From Cenarchaeum sp. (GTDB taxonomy: Archaea; Thermoproteota; Nitrososphaeria; Nitrososphaerales; Nitrosopumilaceae): DNA of 64,000 nt. The position numbers and the translations under genes are program-made. The notes under the pieces were generated by a model. It was not told where the DNA came from. It worked only from the letters and a program-made list of their open reading frames with translations, and did not search any database. Positions 18,646 to 28,861 of the stretch are shown here, piece after piece. Numbering within the stretch: position 1 is the first letter of the stretch; each line of letters starts with the position of its first letter. The stretch is from the NCBI GenBank assembly GCA_965212015.1, contig OZ243037.1, positions 768,001 through 832,000 of the forward strand, in the 5' to 3' direction.

Positions 18646-19253
18646 TTATATTATCACCGAATTTACTGCGAATGTCCTGTATTTCAGTCTTTAATGAGTC
18701 ATAACCGTCGTTTAATTCATCGATTAGTTTTTTAACATCACTTATCTTTAATTGAAAATCAACCATTTTGTCATCATCAAACTCGTGGATCTTTATACTG
18801 ACAATCAAGGATAGGATGATTTTTGTAATTCCATTTTTTCCATCTGAAATCGGCCTGAACTCGGTAACAGTGTTGAAATCGCGAATATGCGGGTGTCCAA
18901 ATATTTGAAGAAAATTGGCAGTCATGCCGGCCGATACATTATCCAAATCGGTTTTATTGTGAATTATTTGAACTGTTTTTTTTTAACACCTTTTTTTTCT
19001 CTTCATCTAACTTTGATGTATCGATGATTTTAAAAATTTTATCGGGATTGCGCTTGCCTATAAAAAAATTGTAAAATACGTGTATCAGTTTTGCAGTTGC
19101 ATCCAGTCCAAAACCATCGCCTAAAACCCGCTCTATTTCGGATGGATTGGGGCGCGTGTGTAAAATACGCTCATCAAGCAGATTGCCAAGTTCGGTGATT
19201 TTTTTTTTTGGTATTTTCTCAAAAACATCCAGTTCAGACTGCGGATCCAACAT
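18638..19253 (-). pseudogene. About 204-aa COMMD-like protein split by a frameshift in an A9 tract (18976-18984)
   Basis: A8 restores ...VLKKTVQIIHNKTDLDNVS...; helical N-domain plus C-terminal P-H-I..F..VTEFRP...strand-strand-FQL...helix. Confidence 0.55.
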
Positions 19254-19338
19254 GTATTAAGACCACGAATAACGCCTTAATAGTTTGTTATTTTTGGCGC
19301 TATACTTTTTGAACCCGCTTTCTGATACTCGCATTCCA

Positions 19339-19424
19339 TCATGTCGGCAGTCCCCAATATGGACGGCGGACTGCCGGCGCAGTTCCGTGCCGGCGGCCGG
19401 ACGTGCATGCCGCGCGCGAATCCG
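19339..19424 (+). repeat. 86-bp GC-rich hairpin-forming direct repeat, copy 2
   Basis: 83/86 identical to 17863-17948. Confidence 0.95.
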
Positions 19425-19579
19425 GATTTTCGGCAAAGTGCGGCCCTGTTCGGACACCAAGCCGGCAGGAGGTCGCAGGCCGGATTTCCCGGCAGGCGCG
19501 GCACCGGCAGTTTAAATAGAATCACCTGCCCGCAGGAAAAACAATTAATTATGCAGTCAGGCCAGCATGGTTATTCAAG

Positions 19580-20425
19580 ATGAGCTATGCACACCCCGAA
19601 GTACTAGTGGACACCGACTGGGTCGCAGACAATCCGCCCAATGAAAAAAGGAGGCTCGTCGAGGTGGACTATGATCCGGAAAACGGATACCGCAAGGGCC
19701 ACATTAGTGAGGCGACGCTTATCTGGTGGAAGCGCGACATAAACGATCCCCTGACGCGCGATATTATAAACAAAAAACAGTTCGAGGAGCTGATGTCAAA
19801 AAACGGCATCACTTCTGATACCGAGGTAATCCTGTATGGCGACTTTAACAACTGGTTTGCGGCGTTCGTATTCTGGGTATTCAAGTATTACGGACACGAA
19901 AGCATAAGGATCATGAACGGCGGCAGGAAAAAATGGGAGCTAGAAGACAGGCCGTACACGACTGACGAGCCGCAGATGCGGCCTACTTCCTACGCGTCTG
20001 CTCCGCCCGATGAGGGCCTGCGCGCGTACCTGTTTGACGTAAAAAGGGCGCTGGACAGAGGCGATACCGTAATGGTGGACGTCCGCTCCCCAAAAGAGTT
20101 TACCGGCGAGATTACCGCGCCGCCAGAATACCCAATGGAGCACGCGCAGAGGGGCGGGCACATTCCCGGCGCAAACAACATTCCGTGGGCCACTGCGGTA
20201 AACGATGCGGACGGCACGTTCAAGACGGCCGACGAGCTAAGGCAGAACTATGAACCCAAAGGCGTCACCTCGGACAAGGACGTGATATGCTACTGCAGGA
20301 TAGGCGAGAGATCATCGCACTCGTGGTTCGTCCTAAAGTACCTTTTGGGATATTCCAGGGTGAGAAACTATGACGGCTCGTGGACCGAATGGGGAAACAT
20401 GATCGGAAATCCCGTTGAAAAATGA
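19580..20425 (+). CDS. Tandem-domain rhodanese / thiosulfate sulfurtransferase
   Basis: YAHPEVLV, GGHIPGA, YCRIGERS and YDGSWTEW motifs. Confidence 0.95.
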   Translation: MSYAHPEVLVDTDWVADNPPNEKRRLVEVDYDPENGYRKGHISEATLIWWKRDINDPLTRDIINKKQFEELMSKNGITSDTEVILYGDFNNWFAAFVFWVFKYYGHESIRIMNGGRKKWELEDRPYTTDEPQMRPTSYASAPPDEGLRAYLFDVKRALDRGDTVMVDVRSPKEFTGEITAPPEYPMEHAQRGGHIPGANNIPWATAVNDADGTFKTADELRQNYEPKGVTSDKDVICYCRIGERSSHSWFVLKYLLGYSRVRNYDGSWTEWGNMIGNPVEK

Positions 20426-20721
20426 GCCAGGACACGCTAGAAAAGGGGAGCTTTTACACCATCAAGGACGGCGGGGATTTTCTCGTAATGGAGGACATGA
20501 CCAAGCGTGGCCTGACTGTCAGGGACAAGTCAGTCGACGACAAGCTCAAAGTCAGCGCAGACAAGGGGATGATTCACGACATGGACGGGATAGGACACCA
20601 GGTTCCAATACGATGGTTTTTTCCAAAAAAAGAGTACGACTTGAAAAAGGTGCTAGTCTATGCCCGCGCAATGGAGAAAAAATACGCGCAGCTGCGCGAG
20701 CTTACGTGTCCTGACGACTAG
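20422..20721 (+). CDS. Conserved hypothetical protein
   Basis: ATGA overlap with rhodanese; backbone-like codon usage. Confidence 0.7.
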   Translation: MSQDTLEKGSFYTIKDGGDFLVMEDMTKRGLTVRDKSVDDKLKVSADKGMIHDMDGIGHQVPIRWFFPKKEYDLKKVLVYARAMEKKYAQLRELTCPDD

Positions 20722-21721
20722 ATTGTTCGGATATGATGCCGGCAATGTTCTCGTCGATTGCGACTTTGACAATGTCCCCCGAGTACGAACCGGATCACAG
20801 TAGGGTTTTTGTCAGACTCGCCGATTCCCGACATGAACGATTTTTCGCCGTCTATCACATTTTTTGCCTCGTCGGCGGCCCTTTCGGCGAGGCCAAGTCC
20901 CTTTTTATCAGCGCCTCAACTGAGCGGCCGAACACGGACGGCGAGCCCTCCGATATCGCGAGGATTTTTTTCATGAGTTTTGGCTCGATGCGGCCGTCAA
21001 GAAACTTTACCCTTTTTGCAATCAGTCCGGCGTGATCCGCAATGCGCTCGATTCTGCCCGCCACCTCCCTGTATCCGAGGCAGTCAGACGGCCTTTGCAG
21101 CCCCATGTCAAGCAGGGCATCGGTGTTGCCGACTGCAGTCACCAGGTTGCGCCTCATGTACAGGCCGAACCTGTCCGCTTTGTCGTCCATCCGGATCACC
21201 TCTTCTGAGTGGCCCGCATCGCAGGCGGAGAGCGATTCGAAGGCCTCGCGGTGCATGTTGGAGGCCATCAGGTGCATCCTTTTGAGCGCAGTCTCAAAGG
21301 AGAGCTCCGGCAGCATGGTCAGAATCTGAATCAGCATGGACTCTGAGCTTGATTCCACTATCTCGGTTCCGATCATAGACGATCTGACCATATCCCGTAT
21401 CGCCCTCGTATGCGCCGGCTGCATTCTCATCCCGCCGGACTTTATCCGGATCGTCTTGTATTCCCCGAGATACGCCGCGATTATCCTTCTGCGTATGGAT
21501 TCGGCCGAATCATTCTGGCCAGATACGATTACTGCGCCAGTCATTTTTGGCTATAGGCCGGATTCGGGGAACAGTAAAGGGATCTGTCAGAGTTTTTAAT
21601 CATGACGATATTGTCGCCCGCGCCTGCCCCGAGATCCGCAATCCAGTCCTTGGGGAGAGATGTGATAAAAGTCGAGCCGCCGCTGAGCTGCGGCCTTGTC
21701 TGCCTTCCCCGTCTGTCCAAT
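20720..21721 (-). pseudogene. Degraded AbrB/PhoU-family regulator
   Basis: QLSGGSTFITSLPKDW N-terminus out of frame; in-frame TAG near 21552; central PhoU part 20855-21544; C-terminus (AERAADEAK...GDIVKVAIDEN) lies in other frames. Confidence 0.85.
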
Positions 21722-21804
21722 TACACATGGGTGCGCGCAGGCCGGCATTATGTTATAGCCGGTGATCTATATAGCACTATAAAAAAGCCATAAAGTCTTA
21801 GGAC

Positions 21805-22791
21805 ATGTCTGATAAGCGGTTTTTCCAGAGTTCCAGCATGGTGCGCAGGCGCAGTCTTGGATCTGACAGGATCTTCAAGATGTGCGCCGCCATGGCAGGC
21901 GCCTTTGTCCTGGTAGTGATCGCCCTCATGGTGTACGAGCTTGCAGTGGAATCCTATCCGGTGTGGGAGAAGGACGGGATTTCGTTCATTACAAAGACGG
22001 ACTGGAACGCAGTCGAGGGCAGGGAGTCATTCGGCGCGCTGCCCTACATCTTTGGGACGCTGACTACTGCGGCAATCGCAATGGCAATAGGCGTCCCGCT
22101 CAGCCTGGGCATTGCAATGTTCATCTCCGATGCGCCCTCAAAGATTGGAAAGCCGCTGGGCTTTATAGTGGAGCTATTGGCCGCCGTGCCGAGCGTGATT
22201 TACGGGCTGTGGGGTCTGTTTGTATTCAGGCAGTATTTCAGCGACTGGGTGGAAAGGCCGCTTCACGACATGTTAGGCGAGAGCGTCTGGCTTTTTTCGG
22301 GGACGCCCTTCGGGCTGGACATACTGACTGCAAGCGTGATTCTTGCCATAATGATCATTCCCACCGTGTCCTCTGTGGCCCGCGAGGTCATGAAGGCCGT
22401 GCCGCAGCAGCAAAAGGAGGCAGCATACATGCTGGGGGCCACAAAGTGGGAGATGTTCAAGCTTGCCGTGTTTCCCTATTCCAAGACGGGGCTAATCGGC
22501 GCGTCAATTCTGGGGCTGGGCCGCGCAGTAGGCGAGACCATGGCAGTCACCATGCTGATTGGAAACGCCACCGGGCTTGGCGCAATCCCGTCGTCGCTGT
22601 TCAAGCCCAGCCAGACAATGTCAAGCATTATAGCAAACGAGTTCGTCGAGGCCTCGCCTGCCTCGCTGCACCTGCCGGCCCTCATCGGGGTTGGCCTGGT
22701 CCTGCTGCTGATCGCCATCTGCATCAATATAGTGGCGCACATGCTGGTAACAAGAATGCTCAAGGTAAAGGAAGGTGCCATCAACAACTAA
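21805..22791 (+). CDS. pstC: Phosphate ABC transporter permease PstC
   Basis: ELLAAVPSVIYGLWG and GRAVGETMAV motifs. Confidence 0.95.
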   Translation: MSDKRFFQSSSMVRRRSLGSDRIFKMCAAMAGAFVLVVIALMVYELAVESYPVWEKDGISFITKTDWNAVEGRESFGALPYIFGTLTTAAIAMAIGVPLSLGIAMFISDAPSKIGKPLGFIVELLAAVPSVIYGLWGLFVFRQYFSDWVERPLHDMLGESVWLFSGTPFGLDILTASVILAIMIIPTVSSVAREVMKAVPQQQKEAAYMLGATKWEMFKLAVFPYSKTGLIGASILGLGRAVGETMAVTMLIGNATGLGAIPSSLFKPSQTMSSIIANEFVEASPASLHLPALIGVGLVLLLIAICINIVAHMLVTRMLKVKEGAINN

Positions 22792-23714
22792 TGTCCATAC
22801 AAGACAAGAGAAAACAGTACAGGTCCATGTTCAAGCACAACGTGGAAAAAAGGCTGATGATTGACAGGATGGTCAGGATTGCGATTTTTGCCTGCGTGAT
22901 AATTGCAATCATACCGCTGGGCAGCATACTAGTCGAGGTCTTTCGGAACGGAATCTCGGCTATCAGCATAGAGTTTCTGACAGAGACGCCCGGCTCCATA
23001 GGTTCCGGGGAGGGGGGAATCGGCCCCGCAATCCAGGGCACGCTGATAATCATCGGCCTTGCAAGCATGATCGGGGTCCCAATCGGGGTCATGTCCGGTA
23101 TTTTTTTGGCAGAGTTTAGCGGCAACCTGCTGGTAAAGCCTGTCAGGTTTTTTACGGACGTCTTTATGGAGTTTCCCTCGATAGTGCTGGGAATATTCGC
23201 ATTCCTGGTGATAGTCCTGGTACTGGGCCATTTTTCGGTGTGGGCCGGCGCGTTTGCGCTGGCACTGATAATGTTTCCGATAATCACAAGGACCACAGAG
23301 GAGTCGCTAAAGCTCGTCCCCATGACGTACCGCGAGGCAGGCACCGCCCTGGGGCTCAAAAAATGGGTCATTACGTTCCGGATAGTGCTTGCCGCCGCAA
23401 AAAGCGGCCTCATAACCGGCGTGCTGCTGTCCGTATCAAGGATAGGCGGCGAGACTGCGCCGCTGATCATGACCATTCTGGGAAGCAGCCAGTTCTTTGG
23501 GGGATTCGACGTGCCAATAGACGCGCTTCCGCTGAGGATCTGGAGGCTGTCACTATTGCCCTATGACAGCGCGCAGATGCAGGGGTGGGGCTCGGCGCTG
23601 GTCCTGATTATGATAATTCTTGCAGTAAATCTTGGCGTGCGGTATTTTTTTATGAACAGGGGTACTGGAATACTGGGCAGGTTAATTAACCAAGGAGCTC
23701 AAAGTCAGAGATGA
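22791..23714 (+). CDS. pstA: Phosphate ABC transporter permease PstA
   Basis: [17 protein letters not shown] and RIGGETAPL motifs; start at the TAATG overlap. Confidence 0.95.
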   Translation: MSIQDKRKQYRSMFKHNVEKRLMIDRMVRIAIFACVIIAIIPLGSILVEVFRNGISAISIEFLTETPGSIGSGEGGIGPAIQGTLIIIGLASMIGVPIGVMSGIFLAEFSGNLLVKPVRFFTDVFMEFPSIVLGIFAFLVIVLVLGHFSVWAGAFALALIMFPIITRTTEESLKLVPMTYREAGTALGLKKWVITFRIVLAAAKSGLITGVLLSVSRIGGETAPLIMTILGSSQFFGGFDVPIDALPLRIWRLSLLPYDSAQMQGWGSALVLIMIILAVNLGVRYFFMNRGTGILGRLINQGAQSQR

Positions 23715-24532
23715 CCCTATTGACTGAGCATGCCACAACAGAGTCCCCATCCCCTGCCGCCCCGCAGGACGGAAAAAAATACAAGGTCATAGCAGAGGAC
23801 GTTACTGTGGCATACGGCGGCACACTGGCAGTCAGGAACATAACCATGAAGTTTCAGGAGAAATCCGTCACCGCCCTGATCGGCCCGTCCGGATGCGGCA
23901 AGACCACGTTTCTGCGGTGCCTGAACCGCATGCACGACATGACTGACAGCGCAAGGGTGACCGGAAGGGTGATGATCGACGGCACTGACCTGTACTCGGG
24001 CGACGTGGATCCCATATACCACAGGCGCAAGGTCGGAATGGTGTTCCAAAAGCCAAACCCGTTTCCCACAATGTCCATATACGACAATGTCACCGCCGGA
24101 CTGAGGCTCAACGGGATGCGCAACAGGAGAATACTCGGCGAGATAGTCGAGGACTCGCTAAAAATGGCATACCTCTGGGACGAGGTAAAAGACAACCTCA
24201 AAAAGCCGGCAATCGAGCTCTCCGGGGGGCAGCAGCAGCGGCTGTGCATCGCACGGGCGCTTGCCATCCAGCCCGAGGTGCTGCTCATGGACGAGCCGGC
24301 ATCGGCCCTGGATCCCATCGCCACCCAAAAGATAGAGGAGACAATCACCGAGCTCAAAAAGGACTATACCATAATCATCGTAACGCACAACATGCAGCAG
24401 GCAGTAAGGGTGTCGGACTATACGGGCTTTATGTACCTGGGGGACCTCATCGAGTTCAGGGAGACCAAAAAGCTGTTCACGGATCCAAAGCACGAGCTGA
24501 CTGCCAAATACGTAGAGGGGCGGTTTGGTTGA
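23711..24532 (+). CDS. pstB: Phosphate ABC transporter ATPase PstB
   Basis: [24 protein letters not shown] and DEPASALDP motifs. Confidence 0.97.
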   Translation: MTLLTEHATTESPSPAAPQDGKKYKVIAEDVTVAYGGTLAVRNITMKFQEKSVTALIGPSGCGKTTFLRCLNRMHDMTDSARVTGRVMIDGTDLYSGDVDPIYHRRKVGMVFQKPNPFPTMSIYDNVTAGLRLNGMRNRRILGEIVEDSLKMAYLWDEVKDNLKKPAIELSGGQQQRLCIARALAIQPEVLLMDEPASALDPIATQKIEETITELKKDYTIIIVTHNMQQAVRVSDYTGFMYLGDLIEFRETKKLFTDPKHELTAKYVEGRFG

Positions 24533-25191
24533 CCCGCCTGATAGACCCGTACCTCGAAAAGCTCTCCAGGATAATGTCGGAGATGGGCGACATGGTAATA
24601 GAGTCCATCTCGCTTGCAATCAGCTCCTACATCGAGGGCGAGAACACCGTCACGCAGGTGCACTCGCTTTCCAACACAATACGCGAGAAATACTACGAGG
24701 TGGAGGATCTCACCTTTGATATGCTATTAAAGTTCCAGCCGGTGGCCGACGACTTTAGGTTTGTGCGCTCCTCGACTGAGATCTCTTATGCGTTTTCAAG
24801 GTTCGGAAGGTACGCCTACGACATAACGCTGGTGCGCAACGAGTTCGGCGACATATCAGAGTGCATCAATGCGTCGCTCATCGAGTCCTCCAAAAAGGTC
24901 AGACACATGATAAAGGAGGCGGTGTTCTCCTTTGCCGAGCTGGACGTAAGAAAGGCAGTAAAGATAAGAGAAGACGAGGCGTTCATTGACAGGATATACA
25001 AGGAGCGCCTGCCAAAGCTCATCAATTCAAAGAACACAAAGTGCGCCCTGGTGGAGGCACTCGTGCTGCGCTATCTCGAGAGAATCGGGGATCACGCAGT
25101 CTTTATGAGCGACGCGATAAACTATATCGTCACAGGCAAGCACAGGCCGAGCGAAAAGCGGATAAAGTCGCGCACAAGGCCAAAGAAATAG
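24529..25191 (+). CDS. phoU: Phosphate transport system regulator PhoU
   Basis: QPVADDFR and [10 protein letters not shown] motifs; TTG start overlaps the pstB stop. Confidence 0.9.
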   Translation: MTRLIDPYLEKLSRIMSEMGDMVIESISLAISSYIEGENTVTQVHSLSNTIREKYYEVEDLTFDMLLKFQPVADDFRFVRSSTEISYAFSRFGRYAYDITLVRNEFGDISECINASLIESSKKVRHMIKEAVFSFAELDVRKAVKIREDEAFIDRIYKERLPKLINSKNTKCALVEALVLRYLERIGDHAVFMSDAINYIVTGKHRPSEKRIKSRTRPKK

Positions 25192-25709
25192 CCGGCAGCA
25201 TTGTTTGCCGCATAGGACGGGAATCTGTTTGCTCGGATAGTGTCCGTTGCGAGCTTTTCTGGCCCGGGCGTTGGCAATGGCATACACCACCATTTGGCCC
25301 TCGCCGCGTTGCCGCCGGCCTTTGGAGTAGAGGTGACTGCAAGCATGATGGTGATGATACTAAATGGCGTACACCAGGCCATAGGTCGTAAAAAAGACCA
25401 CCGGTACCGCTAACAGTATTTCTTATCTATTCAGACCATACTAGTATCAGATGAGCACGCAGGTGAACAAAACAATTATCTCTAAACAAGATCTTTGATG
25501 GCCGATTCTGTGTTTTGTCGATTCTAGATCCAAAACATCGATCTGATCTCTTACTTGTCAATAACCACTCAGGGTTTTTTTTTGCAAATGTTTGCAAAGA
25601 TGAATCATCACAAGAAACATTATATGTTAAATTACATTATATGATAGAAAACCACATGATCAAAATAATCAACCGATAGTTTCTTAAATACGTTAATGTT
25701 ATTATATTT

Positions 25710-26977
25710 ATGACAAAATCACCCACAATCACGATATTTGCAGGGATAAGCGGAATCGACAAGGCAAAATTCATCCAAAAACTACTCAAAAAATCTAAAA
25801 TGACGAAAAGTGTCCTAGTCATCGATTTTGACAAAGAGTTAAGAAATAAAAATAGAGAACCAACAGAGGCACCGCCAGATATGGCAACATATCTTGATAG
25901 TCCAGATCCAACGATAAAATTTAGAATTTTCGAGGATACTTTTTCATGGATTAGCGGTATGATAAAAGAGAGAAAAAACAAATACGAACATATATTCCTA
26001 TTGACGCATTTGAGCTATTTTAAGAACAGTGAGTTTTATCCCCCATTTATTCCGATTCTCTACAATCAGTTATTTACAAACATTTCCTCATCAAAAATAA
26101 GAATAATCACACTGATTGATGATGTTTTTTCGATCTGGAAAAAATTTCCAAGAGAGAAAAAGAAGAGGGGTATCACAATACAAAATTGAGCCTCAGGGAA
26201 ATTCTTGCATGGCGTTCTCTAGAATCCCTGCGCGCCGAAGCCTTAAAAAAACATGTGGAATATGAAAGGGAGGGAAGTGGAAAAATACCCCATTATGTTA
26301 TTTCAATAAGGCATCCGCACCATACATTCCACAACCTGATCTTCAAAAAGGATGCGAGCAGAATTTACCTATCATATCCCATTTCTCAGACTAGAAAGAC
26401 GGACATAGGAATCGGGGATGTCAACGGATTCAGAAAGGAAATGCATGCTCTGGGCAAAAAATTCGGATGGGTGATTTTTGATCCAGTAGCCATCGATGAG
26501 TTATGCGTTAAATTCGCACTAGACAACTTGCTGAAAAAAACACCAAAATCAAAACATAGTAAGATCACTTCGGTCACGGTTACAAGCAAGGACAGGTGGC
26601 CAATCGATCTTTCGGATATGATTGATGAGCACATCTTGCTTCCAGTCGACCTGCCACGCCGCGAGATAGAAGAGGTCGTAAGAGATATTGAAAATCAGAT
26701 CGCCTCTAGGGATTATACGCTAGTCGACACAGCATCATATCTGGCCGTATATCGTCCCTTCTACAACAAGATTCCATCAGAGGGGGTAGGAAAAGAGATT
26801 GATCGGGCCAATAACCATATGATAAGGGTTTTAGTCCATCACCCCATAGAGGATCATATAGAGGAGATAGCGACAACCCACCCATTTGGCTCCAAAACCA
26901 AGACTTTTGACGTTAAAAAAGACTTGTTTGATAGCTTACAAAAGCTTAGCGATAAAGAAAAGAAAAGGGATAAATGA
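25710..26977 (+). pseudogene. P-loop NMP-kinase-like plus nucleoside 2-deoxyribosyltransferase-like fusion (about 422 aa), split at an A6 tract (26139-26144)
   Basis: FAGISGIDK Walker-A variant and LIDD; then IYLSYPIS, IFDP..IDE, RDYTLVD and SEGVGKE (NDT/Rcl-like). One extra A gives WKKISKREKEEGYHNTKLSLREIL. Confidence 0.65.
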
Positions 26978-26983
26978 GTTTGT

Positions 26984-27481
26984 ATGGGTAAGACTGCGAT
27001 GATAGAATCCGAAAACGATCAGGTTTTGCGCATATTGCGTAATTTGGGGCCCATAAAATTGGACGAATTTGATGATAGGCTAAGACTGCAAAAACAGGCA
27101 TATCTCATCCAGGAAATTGGAGCCACTACCAAGTATACCTATTCATGGTATGTTCACGGGCCGTATTCGTCCTCGCTGACATCCGCACTATTTCTAGGCG
27201 ATAAGATAGGCAAATTCGATTCCAAGGATAAACTGAGAGATGGGGAGTCTAGGATCGTTTCCAGACTAAAGGAACTGCTAGGGAGGAGAATCTCCGATCC
27301 CAGACAGCTGGAATTGTTTGCGTCTGTATGGTACCTGCTGCCCACTTCCAGAAGGGTTTCAAAGGATGACAGGGAAGGCATCATGACGGTCATGAACAGG
27401 GAAAAACCACAGTTTACAAGTACACGGGTACGGTCTGCGCTAGATACGATATTGGGTTTTAAAAAGACTCAGAAGGCGTGA
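26984..27481 (+). CDS. YwgA/Panacea(DUF4065)-like protein
   Basis: RLRLQKQAYL...YSWYVHGPYSSSL...LELFASV motifs. Confidence 0.7.
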   Translation: MGKTAMIESENDQVLRILRNLGPIKLDEFDDRLRLQKQAYLIQEIGATTKYTYSWYVHGPYSSSLTSALFLGDKIGKFDSKDKLRDGESRIVSRLKELLGRRISDPRQLELFASVWYLLPTSRRVSKDDREGIMTVMNREKPQFTSTRVRSALDTILGFKKTQKA

Positions 27482-27580
27482 AACCCGCGCCCGGCCAGAA
27501 CGGCAGGCAGGACCCGCCCACAGGCACGAGGCTGGGTCGATCGGGATATTACGAATAATAATCCCGACTTTTAGCAGTGT

Positions 27581-28861
27581 GTGTTGTCAAAGTCGAGAAT
27601 CGCGTACACTAGGGCAAAAAGGACAATCCCGTCTGGCGTGAACAGCCCCGTCAGGTACTTTGAGCCGCACCCGTTCTTTGTGAAAAGATCCGACAAGAGC
27701 CATGTTTGGGACGCAGACGGCAAAAGATACACCGACTTTTGCAACGGGTACGGCGCGCTGCTCTTGGGCCACAACAGAAAGGAAATAGTAAATGCGGTAT
27801 CAAGACAGCTAAAAAGAGGCGCCCTGTTTTGCGCCCCCACAGAACAAGAGACGGAGCTATCCGAGCTGATAGCCGAATGCTACAAGTCGATCTCCAAGGT
27901 GCGCCTGGTCAACACCGGCGGCGAGGCTACAATGACGGCAGTAAGGCTGGCGCGCGGCTTTACCGGCGGCAAAAAGATCATAAAGTTCGATGGCGGCTAT
28001 CACGGGGCGCACGACTCTATGCTGGTGGGCGCCGGATCCGGCGCGGCGCACGGCAGGATTACTATATCCGGCGGAGTAACCGGCGAGGTCGCAAGAAACA
28101 CGCTTGTCATACCGTACAACGACTCTGCACGGCTGGAAAGGACAATCCAGAAAAACAGGGACGCAGCCGGGGTAATCATCGAGCCCGTTCTGGGAAACAT
28201 GGGCGTCATACCGCCAAAAGATAATTTTCTAGGGGACGTCAGGCGCATTACAAAGCAAAACGACGTCACACTGATATTCGACGAGGTAATCACGGGGTTT
28301 CGCGCATCGCCTGGCGGCATGCAGGGGATTCTCGGCATCACACCGGACATTACGACCCTGGGCAAGGCGCTGGGCGGGGGGTTTGCCATTGCGGCAGTCG
28401 GCGGCAAAGGCGAGATCATGGACAAGCTCGCGCCGGGAGGCGTCGTATACCAGGCAAGCACGTTTGCAGGAAACCCGGTATCTGTCAGCGCGGGAATTGC
28501 GTCAATTAACACCATAAACAGAATCAAAAACAAAATGTATCCCAGGCTGGAAAGATACTGCGCGCGGCTGGCCGCAGCCATTGACGACATTGCAACTGAC
28601 ATGAAAATACCGCACCGGATCAACTTTGCCGCATCCATGTTCCAGCTGTTTTTTACCGGCACCCCGGTTACCGACGCGAGGACCGCCAGAATGGCGGATG
28701 CAAAAAAATTCAACATTCTGTTCAGATCACTGCTAAAGGACGGAATATTCGTAGCACCCTCGCAGTTCGAGGCAGTAATGCTGTCTGCGGCGCACACCGA
28801 TTCTGATATCAGCGCGGCGCTAGAGGCGTACCGGAGGGCGCTTGCGGCGGTAAAGAGTTGA
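27581..28861 (+). CDS. hemL: Glutamate-1-semialdehyde 2,1-aminomutase
   Basis: GVNSPVR, FDEVITGFR, TLGKALGGG and PSQFE motifs. Confidence 0.97.
   Translation: MLSKSRIAYTRAKRTIPSGVNSPVRYFEPHPFFVKRSDKSHVWDADGKRYTDFCNGYGALLLGHNRKEIVNAVSRQLKRGALFCAPTEQETELSELIAECYKSISKVRLVNTGGEATMTAVRLARGFTGGKKIIKFDGGYHGAHDSMLVGAGSGAAHGRITISGGVTGEVARNTLVIPYNDSARLERTIQKNRDAAGVIIEPVLGNMGVIPPKDNFLGDVRRITKQNDVTLIFDEVITGFRASPGGMQGILGITPDITTLGKALGGGFAIAAVGGKGEIMDKLAPGGVVYQASTFAGNPVSVSAGIASINTINRIKNKMYPRLERYCARLAAAIDDIATDMKIPHRINFAASMFQLFFTGTPVTDARTARMADAKKFNILFRSLLKDGIFVAPSQFEAVMLSAAHTDSDISAALEAYRRALAAVKS

Noticed and set aside
17863-19424. CRISPR array or canonical integron
   Set aside because: There are only two 86-bp repeats 1.4 kb apart, no regular spacers, no cas or intI gene, and no attC core motifs.
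21882-22790. N-terminal half of the 610-aa ORF
   Set aside because: It is an alternative-frame shadow of pstC; the real pstA begins at the TAATG overlap at 22791.
25270-25440. Short repeated aatggc(a/g)tacacc and a hydrophobic reading frame fragment
   Set aside because: Too short and interrupted to call; at most an eroded gene remnant at the island edge.
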